Counted from the stretch's first letter, positions 39,904-50,225 are shown. The stretch: DNA of 64,000 bases from Oligoflexales bacterium (GCA_041736175.1 JBGSUI010000217.1:1-64000), one strand, 5' to 3'. Program-made: numbers and translations. Notes: generated by a model not told the origin, from the letters alone.

Positions 39904-42009
39904 CTAGACCCCTGGCTTTTTACCGAGTGCTGCTTTGCGACTCAGTTTAATTTTGCCTTGGCGATCGATATCCAGAACCTTTACCAAACACTCGTCCCCT
40001 TCTTTGAGAACATCAGAGACCCGCCCTACCCGACCCTCCGCGAGTTCCGAAATATGACATAGTCCTTCGGATCCTGGCTTAATCTCGATAAAGGCACCAA
40101 AATCCATGATCTTTTTAACCGTCCCCAAATAGACGCCGCCTATATCTGGATCCGAAGTGACACTCCTGATAATTGCTTTAGCGGCTTCCGCTGAGAGGAC
40201 ATCAGGGGACACAATGCTTACCAAGCCATCGTCGGAAATATCGATTTTTGCTCCTGTCTCAGCCACGATCTTTTTGACCATCTTACCGCCTGGTCCGATA
40301 AGATCGCGAATACGTTCCGAAGCAATCTTAATTTGAAAGATCCTAGGAGCAAACTCACTTAATTCGCTAGGCTCAGAAATCGTTGTCTGCATCCGATCAA
40401 GGATAAACTTGCGCCCTTCCCTTGCCTGTTCGAGAGCCTCTCGCATAATTTCTTTAGAGAGTCCACCTATCTTGATATCCATCTGAAGGGCCGTGATTCC
40501 CCGCTCCCCACCACAGACTTTGAAGTCCATATCCCCAAGGTGATCTTCGTCGCCAAGGATATCTGACAAGATTGCGTATTTATCCTCTTCCTTGATCAAA
40601 CCCATCGCGATTCCTGCAACCGGCTCGGTGATGGGAACGCCAGCATCCAAAAGTGCCATCGTTCCCGCACAGACTGTTGCCATGGACGAACTACCATTGG
40701 ACTCTAAAACCTCAGATACTAACCGAATCGTATAGCCAAATTGAGACTTATTCGGGATCACTTGCGCTAGGGCGCGTTCTGCAAGGGCTCCATGACCAAG
40801 CTCTCTTCGAGAGAGGCCCCTTAGGGGCTTAGCTTCGCCAACACTAAATGGAGGGAAGTTATAGTGAAGCATAAATCGTTTTGTATCATCAGAACTTTGA
40901 ATGGAGTCAAGCCTTTGCTCATCATCTCCAGCACCAAGGGTGACGATACCTACTGCTTGGGTCTCGCCCCGCTGAAAGAGAGACGATCCATGGGGGCGCT
41001 TTAAGATGCTTTTTTCGCAGCTAATCTGGCGAATATCTTTAAAACCCCTGCCACCGATGCGGCGACGTTCGTCTAAGATCTGAGACCTCATCATTTTGTA
41101 TTTGAGATCTTCAATCAGGACTTTGACCATCCCCTTAAGGCTCTTATCCACTGCCGCCGCTGGATCACTTTCAGAACATACAGCTTCAATGATTTTAGCT
41201 GATGCTTCCTTAAGTGCCCGGTTACGCGCGGTCTTCTCGTTGACTTTAAATGCCTCTCCGATCAAGTTTGTCCCGGCTTTGCGAACTTTTTCGACGAGTG
41301 CAGGATCATATTCTTTTTTAGAAACAACCCTTTTTGGAGAACCGATAAGCTTTTGAACTTCTATCTGAACATCAAAGAGCGGCTTCATCCATTGATGGGC
41401 AGTCGTGATTGCTTCAAGCATCTGGTCTTCGCTTAAAAAGTTGGCCCCCGCTTCGACCATCAAAATAGCGTCAGGGCGACAAGCGACATTAAGGTCTAAG
41501 TCGCCAGTATCCTTTGGATCTGGATCCAAAACAAGCTTGCCATCCTTCATACCGACCCTGAGGGACGCCACGGGTCCGGCGAAGGGGATATCGCTGACCA
41601 TAAGGGCGGCACTAGCTCCTAATAGAGCCAAGGGAGCCGGATGATGGGCAGGGTCGTAAGACATCACTGTCGCGACAATCTGCGTTTCCACCAGAAACTC
41701 TTCTGGAAAACAAGGCCTTAGGGGTCTATCGATCACCCGGCTGGTCAAAGCTTCCCGCTCGCTAGGCCTGGTTTCCCGCTTGATAAAGCCTCCTGGGATT
41801 CTCCCAGCGGCATAAAACTTCTCAATATAATCGACAGTTAAAGGGAAGAAGTCTTGCCCTTCTTTAATGTCGTCTGCCGCACACACGGTGACAAGCACCT
41901 GCGTATCCCCACAACTAACCATGACCGAACCGTTTGCTTGCTTTGCGTACTTCTGAAACTCAAGGCGGACCAACTTGTTTCCAAGCTCAACTTCACGTAC
42001 CAAACTCAT
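39904..42009 (-). CDS. pnp: polyribonucleotide nucleotidyltransferase
   Basis: FFPLTVDY, RIPGGF, LESNGSSSMA, EDHLGDMDFK, KH and S1 domains. Confidence 0.97.
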   Translation of the reverse strand: MSLVREVELGNKLVRLEFQKYAKQANGSVMVSCGDTQVLVTVCAADDIKEGQDFFPLTVDYIEKFYAAGRIPGGFIKRETRPSEREALTSRVIDRPLRPCFPEEFLVETQIVATVMSYDPAHHPAPLALLGASAALMVSDIPFAGPVASLRVGMKDGKLVLDPDPKDTGDLDLNVACRPDAILMVEAGANFLSEDQMLEAITTAHQWMKPLFDVQIEVQKLIGSPKRVVSKKEYDPALVEKVRKAGTNLIGEAFKVNEKTARNRALKEASAKIIEAVCSESDPAAAVDKSLKGMVKVLIEDLKYKMMRSQILDERRRIGGRGFKDIRQISCEKSILKRPHGSSLFQRGETQAVGIVTLGAGDDEQRLDSIQSSDDTKRFMLHYNFPPFSVGEAKPLRGLSRRELGHGALAERALAQVIPNKSQFGYTIRLVSEVLESNGSSSMATVCAGTMALLDAGVPITEPVAGIAMGLIKEEDKYAILSDILGDEDHLGDMDFKVCGGERGITALQMDIKIGGLSKEIMREALEQAREGRKFILDRMQTTISEPSELSEFAPRIFQIKIASERIRDLIGPGGKMVKKIVAETGAKIDISDDGLVSIVSPDVLSAEAAKAIIRSVTSDPDIGGVYLGTVKKIMDFGAFIEIKPGSEGLCHISELAEGRVGRVSDVLKEGDECLVKVLDIDRQGKIKLSRKAALGKKPGV

Positions 42010-42053
42010 TCAATTCCATCCTTTATGGAGCCGTTATGGGGAAAGCGGCCTAC

Positions 42054-42323
42054 TTACTTACGGATTCCAAGGTCAGTAATTAGTTTACGATAGCTTTCAG
42101 GGCTTTCGCTATGGAGATAATCCAAAAGCCTACGGCGCTGGCTTACAATCTTCATCAGACCCGTTCGTGAATGATGATCTTTGGTGTTTTTCTTAAAATG
42201 TTCGGTCAGGTAGTTTAGTCTGGAAGTCAAGAGGGCAACTTGGACTTCGGGGGAACCGGTGTCTTTTGCATGTCTCTGATATTTTGCCAGAATCTCGGCT
42301 GTTTGCGTTGCCGTTAGGGACAT
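42054..42323 (-). CDS. rpsO: 30S ribosomal protein S15
   Basis: [29 protein letters not shown]; directly upstream of pnp. Confidence 0.97.
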   Translation of the reverse strand: MSLTATQTAEILAKYQRHAKDTGSPEVQVALLTSRLNYLTEHFKKNTKDHHSRTGLMKIVSQRRRLLDYLHSESPESYRKLITDLGIRK

Positions 42324-42444
42324 TAGAAGGGTCTCCATCTTGCTGGATCGTAAGTAAAAAAGGTCTCGCTCGGACCAGTTAAGGTTCAGTTCTTAACGCA
42401 GCCCAAGGGAAAATGCAATGATTTGTGTAGAGACATTTGAGTGC

Positions 42445-42508
42445 TTGACGAAGGTTGTTAATATTACCATAATTATCAATTGACAAATTATCACCGATAC
42501 TTTAGTAT
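42445..42508 (+). promoter_or_regulatory. two tandem sigma70 promoters upstream of carD
   Basis: TTGACG-17-CATAAT (42445-42473) and TTGACA-17-TAGTAT (42480-42508). Confidence 0.6.
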
Positions 42509-42776
42509 CGACAACGTTGTACGACAAAGTATCAAATTCTAACGTTAGATAGAAACGAGACATCTCAAGAATCCGGACAGTTTGTGTTCTCATGGTTCAG
42601 GAGGGGTCTCGGCGTGAGTCTGTGAATCCGAGTTCGTTGCGAAAGTCTCAATAGTCGCCAGTTCCGTCAGGCGGCTAGTCCAAAACTTGATGGCGGGCAT
42701 CGCCAAGGGCACCAACGGAATGACGATTGGCTTTTTATGGGCCTTCATTTGAACGCTTTATCGAGGGGAAAATCCT

Positions 42777-43262
42777 ATGCAATTTAAAGTCGGTGACAAG
42801 GCTGTCTACCCAGCTCACGGAGTCGGGGTCATCAAACGCATCGAATCAAGACGGATTGGTGAAGTCAACCAAGACTTTTATGTATTGCAGATCCTCTCAA
42901 GCGGCGCCACTCTTATGGTTCCTACGAGCGGGTGCGAAAGAGCTGGGATGAGAAATTTAATTTCGGATTCACAGATCGGGGAGGTTTACGCCATCCTCAG
43001 AAGCCCCGGGAAAGTCAGCCACACCACCTGGAACCGACGGTTTCGAGACTTCAACGACAAGCTTCGAACCGGTTCTGTTGGTGATATAGCTGAAGTCTTA
43101 AGAGACCTATGTTCCCTTCGTGGGGATAAGGATCTATCCTACGGCGAAAAAAAGATGCTCGATAAAGCTCTTGCCATGCTGGTCTCCGAGATCAGTGCCG
43201 CTGCCGGCCGGGATACCTCTGACGTTGAAGGTGAGCTTGGCCAAATGCTCATGCCCCATTGA
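42777..43262 (+). CDS. carD: CarD/CdnL family RNA polymerase-binding transcription factor
   Basis: FKVGDKAVYPAHGVG, WNRR, AEVLRDL, LSYGEKKML. Confidence 0.92.
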   Translation: MQFKVGDKAVYPAHGVGVIKRIESRRIGEVNQDFYVLQILSSGATLMVPTSGCERAGMRNLISDSQIGEVYAILRSPGKVSHTTWNRRFRDFNDKLRTGSVGDIAEVLRDLCSLRGDKDLSYGEKKMLDKALAMLVSEISAAAGRDTSDVEGELGQMLMPH

Positions 43263-43611
43263 TGCAAGGACCACGGTGCCTTAAAAAATAATCCTAGGGC
43301 TACCGGGGACCAAAAGTCTCCTGGTACGATCAAAATTCAGTGCCATGCCAAGTCTTGGCCATCCGGCAACAACCCCAATAAACTTTTGAATCCGATTAAA
43401 TTATGGTTTATTTAAACCTATCTACAACCGTAAAAAAGTGTAGGTAAGCTTGCCGGTAACTTTTCAAAATAAACCAATTGCAGTAATCTATAAAGAGCGG
43501 AGCATCGTGGCCGCTCGATTGTTTAGATTGGCTGTTGTTTCAGGTGAAGCAATGGGGCCTTGAGGGACTCGAGGCCTGATCATTCGACACTAACCCCAGC
43601 AGGACTTGTCT

Positions 43612-44538
43612 ATGGGTTTACGCATTCGAACAAACGTGCAGTCATTGATTGCACAAAGGCACCTCGAAAACTCCAGCACCGATGTGGCAAGGTCTACCGA
43701 GCGCCTTGGGTCCGGATACCGCATCAACCGCGGTGCTGATGATGCCGCAGGGTTTGCCATCTCGGAGATTTTAAGATCGGACATCAGGTCCCTATCCCAA
43801 GCTCGACGTAACACCAATGACGGTGTTTCGCTGATAGAAGTTGCTGAGGGCGGCCTGCACGAAATTGGCAACATCATGATTCGACTACGAGAGCTATCGG
43901 TCCAGTCAGCTTCGGACACCATCGGCGTCCGCGAACGGGGATATCTTAATCAGGAGTTTTTTGCCCTTAAAAACGAGATCGACCGGATTGCTAGTGCGAC
44001 CGAATATAACGGAACAAGGCTCTTAACGGGTACCCAAGAAATGCCCGAAGAGCTAATGAAACACCACAATATGCCACCTCTGGAGATTCAGGTAGGCAAA
44101 GATTACCACACGATCTCCGATAGCCTCGAAGCGCACAACCCTATCAACGTGATACGAATCGATACCTCTAAATTCAACGCATTTACTGAAGGGGAAAACT
44201 CCCTTGGCATCGGTAATACACTAAACGAAGAAGGCACAAGGATCGATTCCAAACAGTCAGCCCAAACGACGATTGGACGGCTTGATATAGCTATGGAACG
44301 AATTGCGTCCTATCGTGCTGATCTTGGTGCTATTCAAAACCGACTGGAAAAAACCGATAAATCCATTGCTATTGCCATAGAGAACTTAAGCACTGCAAAG
44401 AGCCGGATTAAAGATGTTGATTTTGCTCAGGAGACAGCAGCCCTAACCCAAAGCCAAATCCTACAACAAGCTGGCGCAGCCGTCTTAGCCCAAGCTAACC
44501 AACAACCACAGATTGCCCTTAAACTTCTTAATAGCTAA
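43612..44538 (+). CDS. fliC: flagellin
   Basis: LRIRTNV, RLGSGYRIN..ADDAAG, RADLGAIQNRL, SRIKDVDFA, LAQANQ.PQ.AL.LL. Confidence 0.95.
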   Translation: MGLRIRTNVQSLIAQRHLENSSTDVARSTERLGSGYRINRGADDAAGFAISEILRSDIRSLSQARRNTNDGVSLIEVAEGGLHEIGNIMIRLRELSVQSASDTIGVRERGYLNQEFFALKNEIDRIASATEYNGTRLLTGTQEMPEELMKHHNMPPLEIQVGKDYHTISDSLEAHNPINVIRIDTSKFNAFTEGENSLGIGNTLNEEGTRIDSKQSAQTTIGRLDIAMERIASYRADLGAIQNRLEKTDKSIAIAIENLSTAKSRIKDVDFAQETAALTQSQILQQAGAAVLAQANQQPQIALKLLNS

Positions 44539-44592
44539 CGGGGTCAGCTTTTAGGGATTCCGGTCCCTAACCACACTCGGCCACAAAGAAAG

Positions 44593-44668
44593 TGGTCGGC
44601 CCAGAGGGACTTGAACCCCCAACCAATCGGTTATGAGCCGACTGCTCTAACCATTGAGCTATGGGCCG
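44593..44668 (-). tRNA. tRNA-Ile(CAU) (lysidine type); elongator Met less likely
   Basis: 76-nt cloverleaf CGGCCCA...TGGGCCG-A-CCA, anticodon loop CTCATAA, GTTCAAG T-loop; lies downstream of rpoD. Confidence 0.9.
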
Positions 44669-44792
44669 CTTGATGCAATGGTAGGATGGTTGTAAAAAAA
44701 ACCAGCGATCCTCGCAACCATTAAATGCACTCCTTCGCTTTTGATGCAAAGGAAGGTGTGCCAAACAAGCTGCGAGAAACCACCCCCACCGA

Positions 44793-47171
44793 CTAACTTT
44801 CGATAAAAGCTCTCAGCTTCTTGCTCCGGGAAGGGTGCCTTAACTTTCTAAGGGCTTTGGCTTCGATCTGGCGTATGCGTTCGCGGGTGACATCAAAGTT
44901 TTGTCCGACCTCTTCGAGTGTGTGATCGCTCTTTTCACCTATCCCAAACCGCATCCTCAGGACCTTCTCTTCACGGGGCGTCAGGGTGGCCAAAGCTTTT
45001 GTAGTCTGCTCAGCGAGACTGTGATTGATCACCGACTCGGAAGGAGAGGATTGGGATTTATCTTCGAGAAAATCCCCAATATGATTGTCTTCTTCCTCAC
45101 CGATGGGGGTCTCAAGGGAGATGGGTTCCACGGCGATTTTCAGGACTTTTCGTACCTTATCAACCGACATCTCCATCCGAGCCGCGATCTCTTCAGGAGT
45201 TGGCTCCCGCCCCATCTCTTGGACCAGGTAACGGCTGGTACGGATAAGTTTGTTGATGGTTTCGATCATATGAACTGGGATTCTAATCGTCCGAGCCTGG
45301 TCAGCAATGGCTCGGGTTATCGCTTGGCGGATCCACCAGGTGGCATAGGTGGAGAATTTATAGCCCCGTCGATACTCGAATTTTTCCACGGCCTTCATCA
45401 GGCCTATATTACCTTCTTGAATCAAGTCAAGAAACTGTAGACCACGGTTGGTATACTTTTTAGCGATCGACACCACAAGCCGGAGGTTTGCTTCGACGAG
45501 TTCACGTTTGGCGTTTTCGGCCCGACGTTGCATATCTGCCAATTCCCGGTAGGTGGATGCGAGCAGATCTGACTGCATGCCACTATCAGAGGTCGTCTTC
45601 TGGATGGCCTCGCTTGCGGCTAAACAGTTTCGTATGATCCTTTGCCATTCCCGTTCACTGGCCTGACCGATGGGTTTTTCGGGGGTTGTCTTAACATGAT
45701 TTAGGAGCACATCCTTCGGTACGCCAACCCTTCGCGAGTAATAAGTGAGGTCCTGTTCTGCTTCTCGCATGGAATTTGCAAATTCGGCCAATCGGTTGAT
45801 TGCAGAAGTCATAAGTTTGCGGTTGATGTTTAATTCGCGAAAGGCTTCGAAAATAGCGGTCATCTCTTCGTCCATCGGCTGGACAGATAGCCGAGGGGCA
45901 TCGGATTTCTTAAGGTTCGCTTCGAAGTCATCCACCAACTTGAGGACTTTTTTGGTGACTTTTTTCATTTTTTCCGCATGAAGCTGCTCATCTTTAGAGG
46001 CTTCATCGTCGTCAAAACCTTTGATAAACCCTTTCATCCTGATTTCATCGGCGACAAATGCTCGGGCAGCATTGACGATAATATCAAGGCCAATCCGCAC
46101 TTGTAGTAGGCGGCCTAGCATTCGATTTTCCTGGCTTTCGATTTTCTTGGCGATCTCCACTTCGCCTTCACGGGAAAGAAGAGCCACGCTTCCCATCTTC
46201 CGCAGGTAAATCCTCACTGGGTCATTGGATTTTCCCAAGGAAGCGTCGGTCAGATCCTCAGTCGCAACCCGTTCCGTATCCACTTCCGGAGTTTCATCGT
46301 CGTCGCCCGCGGTGACACCTTCTTCGACTTCAGGCAAAAGGATATCGTCGTCGCTACCACTGTCGTCATCAGCACTCTTAGCACCTTTACGGGTGCCCAC
46401 CACGGCTTCGCTGACTTCGACGCCACTTTCCTGGAGAGCTAAGACAATTTCATCAATCAAATCGGGCCTAAATTTTATTTTTTGCTGTTGGAGGGCCGCT
46501 TCGATATCTTGGTAGCCAATAGACTCCTTTGAGGATTCGGAAATCTTTTGGAGGTTTTGGATGGCCTTGGCCACCTCTTTGGCCCCGCTATTTCGGGATT
46601 CCCCACCCTTTGCGCCGGTGGTTGATGTTGCGGCAGGTCCATGTCCTGTCCCAGTCGCTCCACCGGTAGGTTCTTTCGATTCACCCTTAGGTTTTCCCTG
46701 CTGTTTGGCCGAGGCTCCATGCTCCGAGCCTTTAGAGGATTTAGAAGATGGCTTAGGCTCGAGTTTAGCATCGGTTTTTGGAGGCGTAGCCTCTTTTGTA
46801 GATTTTGCGGGTTTTTTCGGTGTTTTCTGCATAGATTCTCCCAACTTACCTAGGTGTTTTGGGTGAGTTTCTGGATCACCTTGCATCGCAAGATCCTGAG
46901 AAATTTCCGCGCCCCCCTCCCCATGGCCTTCGGTACTTTGGGGTGTATCGGCAGAGGTTGCAGAAAGGTCCGAAGAGGCTAGCTCGCCCTCGGCGGCGGG
47001 CTTGGATTTGCGGGTGGCCGCATAGCGAGGTTCCGGTGCTCGGACCATGGGTTGAGCCACTGCCTGAGCCATTGGTGCACCTCCGTCGCTGCGGAGTATG
47101 ATCCTTCGATGGGCAGGTTTGTGCTGTTGCTGGGAGGTCGTACTATCTGATTTATTAGTGTTTTTTGTCAT
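44793..47171 (-). CDS. rpoD: RNA polymerase primary sigma factor with long N-terminal extension
   Basis: [49 protein letters not shown]; start uncertain (47171 or 47273). Confidence 0.95.
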   Translation of the reverse strand: MTKNTNKSDSTTSQQQHKPAHRRIILRSDGGAPMAQAVAQPMVRAPEPRYAATRKSKPAAEGELASSDLSATSADTPQSTEGHGEGGAEISQDLAMQGDPETHPKHLGKLGESMQKTPKKPAKSTKEATPPKTDAKLEPKPSSKSSKGSEHGASAKQQGKPKGESKEPTGGATGTGHGPAATSTTGAKGGESRNSGAKEVAKAIQNLQKISESSKESIGYQDIEAALQQQKIKFRPDLIDEIVLALQESGVEVSEAVVGTRKGAKSADDDSGSDDDILLPEVEEGVTAGDDDETPEVDTERVATEDLTDASLGKSNDPVRIYLRKMGSVALLSREGEVEIAKKIESQENRMLGRLLQVRIGLDIIVNAARAFVADEIRMKGFIKGFDDDEASKDEQLHAEKMKKVTKKVLKLVDDFEANLKKSDAPRLSVQPMDEEMTAIFEAFRELNINRKLMTSAINRLAEFANSMREAEQDLTYYSRRVGVPKDVLLNHVKTTPEKPIGQASEREWQRIIRNCLAASEAIQKTTSDSGMQSDLLASTYRELADMQRRAENAKRELVEANLRLVVSIAKKYTNRGLQFLDLIQEGNIGLMKAVEKFEYRRGYKFSTYATWWIRQAITRAIADQARTIRIPVHMIETINKLIRTSRYLVQEMGREPTPEEIAARMEMSVDKVRKVLKIAVEPISLETPIGEEEDNHIGDFLEDKSQSSPSESVINHSLAEQTTKALATLTPREEKVLRMRFGIGEKSDHTLEEVGQNFDVTRERIRQIEAKALRKLRHPSRSKKLRAFIES

Positions 47172-47476
47172 GTTTTCCAGAGCTTGCCACATCAGAAAAG
47201 GTTGACGAAACAGCCGAACTTTTAGCTCCCCACTAAGGGTCGTAGAGACTTCATTCGGCCATACAGAACTCAAAAAGTAGGAGGAGCAACAGGCGTGTGG
47301 TAGGTTTTAGTCCCACCATAATTCTATTCCTACAAGATAGCATCTTCACCCCAACAACCACCACTGGGTCAATTCAAAGGTTCCAATCAATAATGAATAT
47401 TCGTGAATTAGGCAAGGATAAACCTAACTGAATCATTAGTCCAGCATTTTGAGAAGCACTTTCGTCCAATAAACAT

Positions 47477-47492
47477 TGGCACGAACTTTGCT
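47477..47492 (+). promoter_or_regulatory. sigma54 (-24/-12) promoter
   Basis: TGGCACGAACTTTGCT matches the TGGCACG-N4-TTGCW consensus exactly. Confidence 0.7.
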
Positions 47493-47536
47493 TGAGATCT
47501 TTCGCAAGATTGACTCATGAATGGAGAACAGAGACT

Positions 47537-48739
47537 ATGGAAACTTATATGGCCAGTTACAAGGATAGAATCAAGGCGTTTCATCTACTGATCTGCTTTT
47601 TAACGACTATTGTTTTGACAGGGTGTATCCGCTCTGATCAGCTTCCCTCAGAGTCCTCGATAAAGGCCGATCAAACCAATCCTGGTCTAGTCGACTATCA
47701 AAGCAAATTCCCCGAAATGCCCCTAAGGGTTTATTGTGGCAAAGCTGAGGAGAATTTCAAACCAGTTATACTCCTCGAACGTTATATTCGGTCCCTTGAA
47801 GATCCTTTTTATAAGTCTCGAAATCGAATTCTCAAAAGCTCATACCGCCTGTTTCGGATAGAGTCTGCCGTAGACATCGAGATGGGTGTGTCGAAAATAA
47901 AAAGTGACTATAAAGATGGCTGGTCCTTTTGGCTGGATGATATCGAAGCCCACTATAACTGGACACCCGGTCATGAGGGGATATCTTTTAAACAATCTGG
48001 TGAGGCTATGCCCATCTTCTTATGGTTTTCTTTGAATGAATATCCGCAGCGGCCTTTTTATGCAAAATCCCTAGCACGAAGTGAAAGCACCCATAACCTA
48101 TTAGCTGGTTTGTTTGGATCGAGCGAAAAGGATATCGAGATCCAATGCAAACCTGAAAAGCTAGTATTTGCCCCTCAAGCGCCGGCTATTGACGATGTGC
48201 TGACCCTCGAGTTGGTGCAAAAAAACAGGTCCATACGACGCGTTTCTATGTTTGTGGACCTGCTTTCCCATCGCCAAATCCGCAATGATACCGGAAAAAA
48301 CCTCTTTGCGGGAGATGTGGCTTCAGGTTTTATATTGAAAAGAAAAGGAGAATGTGAGCCCAATGATATCGATATGAACAAAATTGTTGGTTCCCATGTT
48401 TTTGACAAGCAGGGTTTCTTTGTAGGCCAGGTTTTAGAATACAGGGAGGGAGACGGATCCAATATCCTTATTCAGCTGGTCAACGACAATGGTTATGGCC
48501 GATTTTATGCTAAGGGACAGACGGATGCTGGTTGGTCTCCCCAACCGCCGAAATTTCCTGTAGGCACAACATTTCTTATGAGTGAGACGTTTAAGAAGTA
48601 CAAGGAATATATCTCCTCTGATGATTATAAACAAAAATATAATAATCTAAAATCAGCTGAAACCAAAGGTGGCCCTAGCGCCCAGATTTTTAAGGAAAGA
48701 ACCCAAATCAAGATGCTATCGATCAGCCGTCAGCCCTAA
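47537..48739 (+). CDS. lipoprotein of unknown function
   Basis: Lipobox VLTGC; GGAG RBS. Confidence 0.7.
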   Translation: METYMASYKDRIKAFHLLICFLTTIVLTGCIRSDQLPSESSIKADQTNPGLVDYQSKFPEMPLRVYCGKAEENFKPVILLERYIRSLEDPFYKSRNRILKSSYRLFRIESAVDIEMGVSKIKSDYKDGWSFWLDDIEAHYNWTPGHEGISFKQSGEAMPIFLWFSLNEYPQRPFYAKSLARSESTHNLLAGLFGSSEKDIEIQCKPEKLVFAPQAPAIDDVLTLELVQKNRSIRRVSMFVDLLSHRQIRNDTGKNLFAGDVASGFILKRKGECEPNDIDMNKIVGSHVFDKQGFFVGQVLEYREGDGSNILIQLVNDNGYGRFYAKGQTDAGWSPQPPKFPVGTTFLMSETFKKYKEYISSDDYKQKYNNLKSAETKGGPSAQIFKERTQIKMLSISRQP

Positions 48740-48910
48740 AGCCAGTAGCTGTGATTATTGCAACGACCTCGCTATTCCCATATAATCCGAGGTTTTCGTC
48801 TTGAAACCATCGCAAGGCTATCAATTAAGGGCTGGGTTTGCCAATCAAAGGTGATTAGCAATGAGTGGCGGTGGCGAGGGCGAATGGGAACAGGATTGCC
48901 GAAACAACAA

Positions 48911-48933
48911 TTGTGCAACAGCCTGTTGCACAA
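48911..48933. repeat. perfect inverted repeat TTGTGCAACAG-C-CTGTTGCACAA
   Basis: 11-bp arms with a 1-nt spacer, read directly. Confidence 0.85.
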
Positions 48934-49053
48934 ATAGGGGGATAACAAATGGTTAATAAGATATTTCAAATAAAATCAGACAGATGCATCGCGTGCGCTC
49001 AGCATAACATTCCTTGTCAGCAATTCCCGCCAGTTTTTTATACCTATGACAGC

Positions 49054-49097
49054 TTGCCACGGACATAGTACATAGTATGCTATATACTATGTACTAT
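49054..49097 (+). promoter_or_regulatory. promoter with 14-bp perfect inverted-repeat operator
   Basis: TTGCCA (49054)-16-TATGCT; ATAGTACATAGTAT-GCTAT-ATACTATGTACTAT at 49065-49097. Confidence 0.7.
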
Positions 49098-49115
49098 CTC
49101 TGATGAGGGCTTCCC

Positions 49116-50225
49116 GTGGGATACACCATCGATCCAGCGACCCACCTAACGGACGCGCAGCAAAATATCATTAATATTATCATGATATTAGGACAGGCCA
49201 GTCCAAAGCAAATAAGAGACGCGCTTAACCCCCCCTTGGGACCAGTGATGGTACAAAGACACCTGAGAAATTTGGTGGCCAAGGGGATTATTAAAAAATT
49301 CGGACAGGCGCCAAGAGTATATTATGTTGCTGCTTCTATAAAAGATCGCTCGAAAGACAAGATATGGTCTGTCATTCGCAATTTACCTATTACCAACGAT
49401 CAAAACCGCATTTTGGCTGCTACATTTGGGTTTGATGCTGATTTTACTTTGTACCGAGGTGATGAGGCCTTTCGCCACTGGTTTTATGCCAAGCAAGTGC
49501 CTGCGCTTCTAAAACAAAAAAGTAAGAATTCGCCCCAATCTGAGAGAATCATTGAAAACTTCGAGACTATGCTGCAGCGTTATATGGAAATGATTCAGCA
49601 TACTGAGAGTTCTAGAGATCCAGGGCTGAATCTTTTCGATGCAACAGAGAGATACCGATCCATCCACAGCAACCCCTCGCTTACAAAAGTTTTCTATCAC
49701 GATTTTTATTCTCTACCGCAATTTGGCAAAACTCTACTCGGCTATATCGTGCAAAAAGCAAAGATTGGCGAAGAGTCATCGCTACCATATATCAGAGAAT
49801 TAGCGAGTATCATGACCCCAGTGATCCATCAATTGATCGAAGTTTTTAAATGTGATGCAGCAGCATGGGTCCCACATACGCTAAAAAGGATGCATCCACT
49901 TCAAGATATCTTGTGTCGAACTATTGATTTAACAATTCCCAAAATCCCTATTGTTAAGATTATCGTAAAAGATGTTGTGCCACAAAAGACACTTAGTGAC
50001 CTTCATAGGAGACTGGAAAACGCTGACATGACAAATCACGTCGCAGAATCCAAAAATAAGATTTTAAGTTATAAAAACATCATTATTATCGATGATGCCA
50101 TCGGAAGCGGAGCTACGATTGAAGCCATTGGCGCTAAGATAAAAAGAATCAATCCGAAAATCAAAATGATTGCCATAGCACCAGTCGGATCATTTAAGGG
50201 CTTTGATATTATAAAGGACATATAA
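49116..50225 (+). CDS. winged-helix DNA-binding domain fused to a ComF-like phosphoribosyltransferase domain
   Basis: N-terminal SPKQI...VQRHLRNLVAKGIIKKFG..P.VYY; C-terminal PQKTL...R.EN and IIIIDDAIGSGATI PRPP loop. Confidence 0.8.
   Translation: MGYTIDPATHLTDAQQNIINIIMILGQASPKQIRDALNPPLGPVMVQRHLRNLVAKGIIKKFGQAPRVYYVAASIKDRSKDKIWSVIRNLPITNDQNRILAATFGFDADFTLYRGDEAFRHWFYAKQVPALLKQKSKNSPQSERIIENFETMLQRYMEMIQHTESSRDPGLNLFDATERYRSIHSNPSLTKVFYHDFYSLPQFGKTLLGYIVQKAKIGEESSLPYIRELASIMTPVIHQLIEVFKCDAAAWVPHTLKRMHPLQDILCRTIDLTIPKIPIVKIIVKDVVPQKTLSDLHRRLENADMTNHVAESKNKILSYKNIIIIDDAIGSGATIEAIGAKIKRINPKIKMIAIAPVGSFKGFDIIKDI

Noticed and set aside
42393..42593. 66-aa ORF upstream of rpsO
   Set aside because: It spans the promoter and palindrome region and has no recognisable protein features.
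44567..44764. 65-aa ORF
   Set aside because: It is a reading frame through the tRNA gene.
49116..50225. Retron system
   Set aside because: No reverse transcriptase ORF (no YADD-type motif) and no recognisable msr-msd in the window.
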